The notes under the pieces were generated by a model. It made no database searches. It saw nothing but the letters and a program-made list of their open reading frames with translations, and was not told the DNA's origin. A DNA stretch of 64,000 nucleotides from an uncultured delta proteobacterium (GTDB lineage: Bacteria; Desulfobacterota; Binatia; HRBIN30; BPIQ01): positions 160,001 through 224,000 of the forward strand of contig CAVXGR010000015.1 in the NCBI GenBank assembly GCA_963761335.1. Reading direction: 5' to 3'. The position numbers and the translations under genes are program-made. Each line of letters begins with the position of its first letter. The stretch's first letter is position 1. Shown here one piece after another: positions 56,680-64,000 of this stretch.

Positions 56680-58464
56680 ATGAGCGGGTTGGTGAGCGAC
56701 TTTCTCATCGAGCGTCTGAAGGAGTGGGACATTCACCGCATCTACGGATACGCCGGCGACGGCATCAACGGCATCATGGGTGCTCTTGGACGCTCCGACG
56801 GAGATCCCGAGTTCATTCAGGTTCGCCACGAGGAGATGGCGGCCTTCATGGCGTGCGGCCACGCCAAGTTCACCGGCGACGTCGGCGTCTGCCTGGCGAC
56901 CTCCGGCCCCGGCGCCGTCCACCTGTTGAACGGCCTCTACGACGCCAAGCTCGACCACCAGCCGGTGCTTGCCATCGTCGGCCAGCAGCCGCGCACGGCC
57001 CTGGGCGGCGACTACCAGCAGGAGATCGACCTGCAGACACTCTTCAAGGACGTCGCACACGAGTACGTCCATACCGTCAACACGCCCGAGCAGCTGCCCG
57101 CTCTGATCGACCGCGCCGTCCGCATCGCGCGCGCCGAGCGCACGGTCACCTGCCTGATCTTCCCCGCCGACGTGCAGGAGCTGAAGGCGGTCGAGGACAC
57201 ACCGCACGAGTTCAAGGTCACTCCCGGCGGGCTCGGCTACCACCAGCCGCGCATCGTCCCGAGCGACGGCGAGCTGCGGCGCGCCGCGGCGGTGCTGAAC
57301 GCCGGCGACCGCGTCGCCATTCTCGCCGGCCAGGGCGCGCGGCGGGCGGCACACGAGGTCGAGGAGGTGGCGGACCGGCTCGGTGCCGGCATCGCCAAGG
57401 CGTTGCTCGGCAAGGACGTCCTCCCCGACGGCCTGCCCTTCGTCACCGGATCGATCGGCCTGCTCGGCACACGCCCGAGCTACGAGATGATGATGGGCTG
57501 CGACACCCTGCTGATGGTCGGCTCGAGCTTTCCGTACTCGCAGTTCCTGCCGCCCTACGGGCAGGCGCGCGGCGTGCAGATCGACATCGACGGCAAGATG
57601 ATCGGCATCCGCTATCCGATGGAGGTCAACCTCGTCGGCGATGCCCAGCAGACCCTGGCGGCTCTGCTCCCGATGCTGGAGCGTAAGCGCGATCGCTCCT
57701 GGCGGGTGAAGATCGAGGAGACGGTCGAGGACTGGTGGAAGGTGGTCGAGGCGCGCGCCATGAACGACGCCAAGCCGATCAATCCGCAGCGCCTCTTCTG
57801 GGAGCTCTCGCCGCGCCTGCCGGAGAACTGCATCCTCACCTGCGACTCGGGATCGTCGGCGAACTGGTACGCGCGCGACCTCAAGATCCGCCCCGGCATG
57901 CGCGCCTCGCTCTCCGGCACCCTGGCGACGATGGGCCCGGGGGTTCCGTATGCCATCGCCGCCAAGTTTGCCCACCCCGACCGCGTCGTCATCGCGCTGG
58001 TCGGCGACGGCGCGATGCAGATGAACGGCATGAACGAGATCCTCACCATCGGGAAGTACTGGAAGCGATGGTCCGATCCGCGCCTGATCGTCACCGTGCT
58101 GCACAACAACGACCTGAGCCAGGTCACCTGGGAGATGCGCGCCATGGAGGGCGATCCCAAGTTCGAGGCCTCGCAGAACATTCCCGATTTCAACTACGCC
58201 CGCTATGCGGAGCTCGCCGGCCTGAAGGGCATCCGCGTCGAGGAGCCGGGTGACGTGGCGTCGGCGTGGGAGGAGGCGCTCAGCGCCGACCGGCCGGTGG
58301 TGCTCGACGCGCTCACCGATCCCAACGTACCGCCGCTGCCGCCACACATCAGCTTCGACCAGGCGAAGGCGATGATGGAATCGGTGCTGAAGGGCGACCC
58401 GGACGCCGGCGACATCATCCGCCAGTCGTTCCGCGGCAAGATCGAAGAATTTCTGCACCACTGA
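56680..58464 (+). CDS. Thiamine pyrophosphate-dependent enzyme (pyruvate oxidase-like)
   Basis: GDGING, RHEEMAAFMA, TSGPG, VGDGAMQMNG...NN. Confidence 0.93.
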   Translation: MSGLVSDFLIERLKEWDIHRIYGYAGDGINGIMGALGRSDGDPEFIQVRHEEMAAFMACGHAKFTGDVGVCLATSGPGAVHLLNGLYDAKLDHQPVLAIVGQQPRTALGGDYQQEIDLQTLFKDVAHEYVHTVNTPEQLPALIDRAVRIARAERTVTCLIFPADVQELKAVEDTPHEFKVTPGGLGYHQPRIVPSDGELRRAAAVLNAGDRVAILAGQGARRAAHEVEEVADRLGAGIAKALLGKDVLPDGLPFVTGSIGLLGTRPSYEMMMGCDTLLMVGSSFPYSQFLPPYGQARGVQIDIDGKMIGIRYPMEVNLVGDAQQTLAALLPMLERKRDRSWRVKIEETVEDWWKVVEARAMNDAKPINPQRLFWELSPRLPENCILTCDSGSSANWYARDLKIRPGMRASLSGTLATMGPGVPYAIAAKFAHPDRVVIALVGDGAMQMNGMNEILTIGKYWKRWSDPRLIVTVLHNNDLSQVTWEMRAMEGDPKFEASQNIPDFNYARYAELAGLKGIRVEEPGDVASAWEEALSADRPVVLDALTDPNVPPLPPHISFDQAKAMMESVLKGDPDAGDIIRQSFRGKIEEFLHH

Positions 58465-58475
58465 GGGACGCGGAG

Positions 58476-59585
58476 ATGAAACGCCCCGACGCCGTCATAG
58501 GAGACCTGTCCGTCTCCGCGTACACGATCCCCACCGATGCCCCCGAGTCGGACGGCACCCTCGAGTGGGAGTCGACGACCGTCGTCGTCGTTGAGGCAAG
58601 CGGCGGCGACGAGACGGGGACGGGATACAGCTACACGCATCGCGCCGCTGCCGAGCTGATCGCCGACGAGCTGCGCGGCGTGGTCGTGGGACGCGACGCG
58701 TTCGGCGTCGACGACTGCTGGGAGGCGATGGTGCACGCCTGCCGCAACCTCGGCCGGCCGGGGCTGGTGTCGAACGCGATCAGCGCCGTCGATTTCGCGC
58801 TCTGGGATCTGAAGGCGCACCTGCTCGACATCTCCATGGTGGATCTGCTCGGTGCGGTGCGCCCGTCGGTCCCCGTCTACGGCAGCGGTGGCTTCACGTC
58901 CTACTCGCTTGCCCGCCTGCGCGAGCAGCTCGGCGGCTGGGTCGAGGAGGGAATCGGGGCGGTGAAGATGAAGGTCGGACGCCAGCCGGCGGCGGACCCC
59001 GAGCGGGTGCGAACGGCGCGCGAGGCGATCGGCGACGAGGCGCGCCTGTTCGTCGACGCCAACGGCGCCTATACGCGCAAGCAGGCTCTGGCGATGGCGT
59101 CCTGCTTCCGCGAGCAGGGCGTGGGCTGGTTCGAGGAGCCGGTATCGTCCGACGATCTCTGCGGCCTGCACCTCATTCGTGACCGCGCGCCTTCGGGCAT
59201 GCAGGTGGCCGCCGGCGAGTATGGCTACGACCTCCCCTACTTCCGCCACATGCTCGACGCGGGCGCGGTCGACGTCCTGCAAGCGGACGCCACGCGCTGT
59301 GGCGGTATCACGGGATTTCTCGCCGTCGGCGCGCTGTGCCGGGCCCGCTCGATGCCCCTCTCGGCGCACACCGCCCCCACTCTGCACGCGCACCTCGGCT
59401 GCGCCGTCATGCCGATGCGCCACGTCGAGTACTTCCACGACCACGTGCGCATCGAGCGCATGCTCTTCGACGGCGCGCTCGGCGTCGAGAATGGCGCGCT
59501 CACCCCCGACCGTTCCCGCCCCGGTCTCGGTCTGACTCTCCAGCGCGAGGACGCTGCGCGCTGGGAAGTGTTCCGCAGCCACTGA
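58476..59585 (+). CDS. Mandelate racemase/muconate lactonizing enzyme family protein
   Basis: KMKVG, FVDANG, WFEEP, AAGEY, SAH. Confidence 0.9.
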   Translation: MKRPDAVIGDLSVSAYTIPTDAPESDGTLEWESTTVVVVEASGGDETGTGYSYTHRAAAELIADELRGVVVGRDAFGVDDCWEAMVHACRNLGRPGLVSNAISAVDFALWDLKAHLLDISMVDLLGAVRPSVPVYGSGGFTSYSLARLREQLGGWVEEGIGAVKMKVGRQPAADPERVRTAREAIGDEARLFVDANGAYTRKQALAMASCFREQGVGWFEEPVSSDDLCGLHLIRDRAPSGMQVAAGEYGYDLPYFRHMLDAGAVDVLQADATRCGGITGFLAVGALCRARSMPLSAHTAPTLHAHLGCAVMPMRHVEYFHDHVRIERMLFDGALGVENGALTPDRSRPGLGLTLQREDAARWEVFRSH

Positions 59586-59645
59586 GGAGCGCTTCCGCGG
59601 CGAGGAACCACATTGTCGGCGATAGCGAAAGGAGGGAATCGACCC

Positions 59646-62609
59646 ATGGCTACAGCAGCGTTTCCGCAGCAACGAGATCGAACCGACGGAGACGCCTTCT
59701 GGGTGCGGTCGCATCCCGAGTCCTGGAGCGGCAACGCCGACGTTCTCGCCGACGACCTGCGCAGCGCGCTGCGCGGGGAGGTGCGATTCGACGCCGGCGG
59801 CCGGGCGCTCTACGCCGCCGACGCCTCCAACTACCGCCAGGTGCCGATCGGGGTCGTCTACCCGGCCGGGGTCGACGACGTCTGTGCGGCCGTCGAGATC
59901 TGCCGCCACCACCGCGCGCCGCTGCTCAGCCGCGGCGGCGGCACCAGCCTGGCCGGCCAGTGCTGCAACGTCGCTGTGGTGCTCGACATGTCGCGCCACT
60001 TCAACCGCGTGCTGGCAATTGACGCCGACCGGCGGCGCGCCCGGGTCGAGCCCGGCACCGTGCTCGACACGCTGCGCGACGCAGCGGAGAAGCACCACCT
60101 CACCTTCGGACCCGACCCGTCGACGCACAACCACTGCACCCTGGGCGGCATGATCGGCAACAACTCGTGCGGCGTCCACTCGGTGATGGCCGGCCGCACG
60201 GCGGACAATGTCGACGAGCTGGAGATCCTCACCTACGACGGCCTGCGCATGCGTGTCGGTCCGACCAGCGAGGCGCAGCTGCAGGACATCCTGCGCGCTG
60301 GCGGCCGCCGCGCCGAGATCTACCGCGCCCTCGATCGACTGCAGCAGCGATACGCGCAGCTCATCCGCCGGCGCTACCCGAAGATCCCGCGCCGCGTCTC
60401 CGGCTACGATCTGAACCAGCTCCTGCCGGAGAACGGCTTCCACGTCGCGCGCGCACTGGTGGGCAGCGAAGGTACCTGCGTCACCGTGCTCGAAGCGACG
60501 CTGCGCCTGGTGCCGAGCCCGCCCGAGCGCGTGCTCCTCATCATCGGCTACCCCGACATCTACTCGGCGGCCGACCACGTCACCGAGATCACGAAGCACG
60601 AACCGATCGGCCTCGAGGGCATCGACCGCCTGCTCATCGACCACGAGCGGCAGAAGCGCCTCAACACCGAGGCACTGCCCCTGCTGCCCGACGGCGACGG
60701 CTGGCTGCTCGCCGAGTTCGGCGCCGACACGCGCGACGAGGCCGCCGAGCGCGCCCGCGAGGTGATGGCCGCGCTCGGCGGCGCCGACCCGATCACCGGT
60801 ATGCATCTCTTCGAGGATCCGGCACAGCAGGCCGAAATCTGGGACGTGCGCGAGGCCGGGCTGGGATCGACCGCCTGGGTCAAGGGCGAGCGCGATACGT
60901 GGCCGGGCTGGGAAGACAGCGCCGTACCGCCGGAGGCGCTGGGCGACTACCTGCGCGATTTCCGCGCGCTGATGCAGCGCTATCAGTACCGCGGCTCCTT
61001 CTACGGACATTTCGGCCAGGGCTGTTTGCACACGCGCATCACGTTCGACCTCACCAGCGCCGACGGCATCCGCCATTACCGCGCCTTCGTCGACGATGCG
61101 GCGAATATGGTGGTGCGCTACGGTGGCTCGTTCTCGGGTGAGCACGGCGACGGCCAGTCGCGCGCCGAGCTGCTGCCGAAGATGTACGGTCCCGAGCTGT
61201 GCGAGGCATTTCGCGAGTTCAAGTCGATCTGGGATCCCGACGACCGGATGAATCCGGGCAAGGTGAGCAATCCGCATCCGATCACCAGCGATCTGCGCCT
61301 CGGCGCCGACTATCGGCCGTGGGAGCCGCGGACGCATTTCCGGTACCCGGAGGATCAGTTCAAGTTCTCGCGCGCCGCGCTGCGCTGCGTCGGTGTCGGC
61401 AAATGCCGCCGCGAGGCCGGCGGCGTGATGTGCCCGAGCTACATGGTGACGCGCGACGAGCAGCACTCGACGCGCGGGCGCGCGCACCTGCTGTTCGAGA
61501 TGCTGCGGGGCGAGCCGCTGCGCAACGGCTGGCGCGACGACTCCGTCAAGCAGGCCCTCGACCTCTGCCTCGCCTGCAAGGGGTGCAAGAGCGACTGCCC
61601 GGTCAACGTCGACATGGCGACTTACAAGGCCGAGTTCCTGTCGCACTACTACCACCACCGGTTGCGTCCGGCCCCCGCCTACACCATGGGTCTCATCTAC
61701 TGGTGGGCGCGTCTGGCGTCGGTGGTGCCTCGCTTCGCCAATCTCGTCGCCCACGCGCCCGCTCTCGGCAGCGCGCTCAAGTGGCTCGGCGGCATCGCCC
61801 CCGAGCGCGACACGCCCTCGTTCGCCGAGCAGACCTTTCGCAGCTGGTTTCGCCGCCACCCCCGTCCCGACGGCGGCGGCCAGCGCGTATTGTTGTGGCC
61901 CGACACGTTCACCAACTTCCTCCAGCCCCGCATCCCGCGCGCCGCCGTCGAGGTCCTCGAGGCGCACGGCTTCCGGGTCGACATCCCGCGCCGCGTTCTC
62001 TGCTGTGGTCGGCCACTGTACGACTACGGCATGCTCGATCTGGCGTCGCGCCAGCTACGCCAGATCCTCGGCACCCTGCGCGACGAGATCGACGCCGGGA
62101 TTCCCATCGTCGGACTGGAACCGAGCTGCGTGGCGACGTTCCGCGACGAGCTGGTCAATCTCTTCCCGCACGACGCGCGCGCCAAACGGCTGAGCGAACA
62201 GGTCGTCACCTTGAGCGAGCTTCTCGCTCGCGAAGGCGAATCCCTGCGGCTGCCGCGCCTTGAGCGCAAGGCCATCGTACAGGCGCACTGCCACCACCGT
62301 TCGGTGCTCGGTTTCGACGTCGAGCAGAATCTCCTGCGGCGCCTCGGGCTCGATCTCTCGGTACCGAATTCGGGCTGTTGCGGTATGGCGGGGTCGTTCG
62401 GGTTCGAGAAGGACAAGTACGACGTCTCGATCGCCTGCGGCGAGCGCGCGCTCCTGCCGGCCGTGCGCGCCAGCGGCGCGGACACGCTGCTGATCGCCGA
62501 CGGCTTCAGCTGCCGGGAGCAGATCCTGCAGACCACCGGCCGCCGGGCCCTGCACTTCGCCGAGGTGATGCGCCTCGCCCAGCAGGGGGCGTCGGCGCCG
62601 AGCCGCTGA
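59646..62609 (+). CDS. FAD-linked oxidase fused to 4Fe-4S/CCG domains
   Basis: RGGGTSLAGQ, GSEGT, GEHGDG, MNPGK, CLACKGCKSDCP, CCG motifs. Confidence 0.92.
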   Translation: MATAAFPQQRDRTDGDAFWVRSHPESWSGNADVLADDLRSALRGEVRFDAGGRALYAADASNYRQVPIGVVYPAGVDDVCAAVEICRHHRAPLLSRGGGTSLAGQCCNVAVVLDMSRHFNRVLAIDADRRRARVEPGTVLDTLRDAAEKHHLTFGPDPSTHNHCTLGGMIGNNSCGVHSVMAGRTADNVDELEILTYDGLRMRVGPTSEAQLQDILRAGGRRAEIYRALDRLQQRYAQLIRRRYPKIPRRVSGYDLNQLLPENGFHVARALVGSEGTCVTVLEATLRLVPSPPERVLLIIGYPDIYSAADHVTEITKHEPIGLEGIDRLLIDHERQKRLNTEALPLLPDGDGWLLAEFGADTRDEAAERAREVMAALGGADPITGMHLFEDPAQQAEIWDVREAGLGSTAWVKGERDTWPGWEDSAVPPEALGDYLRDFRALMQRYQYRGSFYGHFGQGCLHTRITFDLTSADGIRHYRAFVDDAANMVVRYGGSFSGEHGDGQSRAELLPKMYGPELCEAFREFKSIWDPDDRMNPGKVSNPHPITSDLRLGADYRPWEPRTHFRYPEDQFKFSRAALRCVGVGKCRREAGGVMCPSYMVTRDEQHSTRGRAHLLFEMLRGEPLRNGWRDDSVKQALDLCLACKGCKSDCPVNVDMATYKAEFLSHYYHHRLRPAPAYTMGLIYWWARLASVVPRFANLVAHAPALGSALKWLGGIAPERDTPSFAEQTFRSWFRRHPRPDGGGQRVLLWPDTFTNFLQPRIPRAAVEVLEAHGFRVDIPRRVLCCGRPLYDYGMLDLASRQLRQILGTLRDEIDAGIPIVGLEPSCVATFRDELVNLFPHDARAKRLSEQVVTLSELLAREGESLRLPRLERKAIVQAHCHHRSVLGFDVEQNLLRRLGLDLSVPNSGCCGMAGSFGFEKDKYDVSIACGERALLPAVRASGADTLLIADGFSCREQILQTTGRRALHFAEVMRLAQQGASAPSR

Positions 62610-62621
62610 GGGAGGCTTCCG

Positions 62622-63143
62622 ATGCAGCACCTACACGACGCCTTCTACCTCCTCTTCGGGGGCAACGTCGCGGGCGCGCATCTCAACTCCCTGCAGATGA
62701 TCGGCCGCGCCACGGTCATTTACGTCGCCGGCCTCGTGGTCGTGCGGGTCGGCAAGGACCGTCTGCTCGGGCGCAGTACGGCCTTCGACATCGTGCTCGG
62801 ATTCATCCTCGGCTCGATGCTGAGCCGCGCCATCAACGGCGCGGCTCAGCTGCTGGAGACGCTCGTCGCCGCCGTCGTCCTCGTCGCCCTGCACTGGGTG
62901 TTCGCGCATTTCGCACGTCAATCCGATGCAGTCGCCTGGGCGGTGAAAGGCAAGCACGTCGTGTTGGTCCGCAGTGGAGTCATCGAGCAGCGCAACCTGC
63001 GCGCCGCCGAGATCACGCGCGACGACCTCGAAGAGGAGCTGCGCCTCGGCGCTCACATCGACGACATCCGCGACGTCGAGCTCGCCTGCCTCGAGCGCAA
63101 CGGCCGGATCAGCATCGTGACACGGCTGGGCGCGACGTCCTGA
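62622..63143 (+). CDS. DUF421/YetF-family membrane protein
   Basis: TAFDIVLGFILGS, ITRDDLEEELR, LERNGRISI. Confidence 0.88.
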   Translation: MQHLHDAFYLLFGGNVAGAHLNSLQMIGRATVIYVAGLVVVRVGKDRLLGRSTAFDIVLGFILGSMLSRAINGAAQLLETLVAAVVLVALHWVFAHFARQSDAVAWAVKGKHVVLVRSGVIEQRNLRAAEITRDDLEEELRLGAHIDDIRDVELACLERNGRISIVTRLGATS

Positions 63144-63199
63144 GAAGAAGCTTCTCACCGCAGTGACGCGGAGACGCAGAGAAGTCGGGGCCGCGGCTG

Positions 63200-63280
63200 C
63201 CGCTGGGAGCGAAGCCAGCGGCGGCCGCCTCTGCTCTTTGACAGCGACTTGCGACCGGGCCGGCCGCGCTCCCCGACGCC
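63200..63280 (+). repeat. ~80-bp direct repeat, copy B
   Basis: Matches 55877-55956. Confidence 0.75.
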
Positions 63281-63284
63281 GCCG

Positions 63285-63647
63285 CTACGCAGACTTGATC
63301 TTCGGCACGCGCCAGCGCTCGAAGAGGCGGGCGCCGCGGGTCTTGCTGGCCTTCAGGTCTTCCAGGTAGACGGTGACCTCTTCGTAGAGCGCCTGCACGT
63401 CGACGCCCATGGCCGCGGGGAGGTAATCCTCCAGCTCCAGCAGGCAGTGCTGCAGGAGATTGGTGGTGCCGTGGCCGCCGCCGCGGTTCATATGCAGGTG
63501 CAGGGCGACGGTCAGGCGCAGCAGCGCCTGCACGAAGGTCTTGTCCTTGTCCTCGGCGTCGTGCCAGACCTGCTCCAGACGCTCCTGGCTGGCGAAGTAG
63601 TCCCGGCGGTTGAACAGCTCGATGGCTTCGTCGAATCGCGGATCCAT
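63285..63647 (-). CDS. DUF309-family protein
   Basis: AIELFNRRDYFASQERLEQVW...FVQALL. Confidence 0.75.
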   Translation of the reverse strand: MDPRFDEAIELFNRRDYFASQERLEQVWHDAEDKDKTFVQALLRLTVALHLHMNRGGGHGTTNLLQHCLLELEDYLPAAMGVDVQALYEEVTVYLEDLKASKTRGARLFERWRVPKIKSA

Positions 63648-64000
63648 GGGCGAGAAGCCAGTGTAGCACCCCCGTCACGGGGAAAAACTGACTTCCCCCT
63701 GTTGCCGGTGGGGTGCCCAAATGGTAAGAGACCTCGATTCTGCTGTTTTCCCTTAACCTCCACGCCAGGAGCCTGCCCCAGCCGAATGAGTACCCAGATG
63801 ATTGAGAAGCCCCGGTCGCGCGCGGCCACCGCCGCGGAGACGTTTGGCCTTGCCGAAACGGAGCGCGTCCAGGAAGGAATCGGTGCCAAGCGGATCAACC
63901 AGATCCTGGCACTGGTGGATCGCATCCATCAGCGTATGGACTTCCGCTGCCCGCCGCTGCGCTTCGAGGACTTTCTCGCTCACTTCGACTCGTACAGCGT

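Noticed and set aside
58203..61967. 1254-aa minus-strand ORF and other long antisense ORFs (e.g. 2621-4453, 16104-18014, 31094-33001)
   Set aside because: High-GC shadows of well-supported genes on the opposite strand; no motifs
63753..64000. Minus-strand ORF end at the window edge
   Set aside because: Partial and without a recognisable motif; cannot be called

Overview
High-GC bacterial chromosomal window. The CDDGN cysteine-rich secreted protein, dockerin-like GDC motif and F420-type LLM enzyme suggest a Binatia/Myxococcota-like organism (inference only). Housekeeping and metabolic genes (aldehyde dehydrogenase, HelD-like helicase, ABC1 kinase, YhaO/YhaN, DAACS symporter, M20 peptidase, GH3, rsmE, thyX, a TPP/enolase/FAD-oxidase operon) are interrupted by two accessory regions. 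(1) About 12.0-25.1 kb: an integrase-less array of co-oriented attC-like sites, largely between a 127-bp duplication of the symporter 3' end. It carries three toxin-antitoxin units, a 734-aa nuclease/PIN-like candidate defence gene, a carbamoyltransferase-GT32-GT25/GH16 cluster, an IS91 remnant and an IS1380 inserted exactly in an attC core. (2) About 37.7-43.9 kb: a large-serine-recombinase element splitting an IS91-like remnant at a TT dinucleotide, a Y1 HUH transposase bounded by ~30-bp terminal inverted repeats, and a probable group II intron 3' remnant. Several dispersed palindromic repeat families also occur. No tRNA, rRNA, CRISPR array or integron integrase was seen. All family calls come from motif recognition by eye, not database searches.
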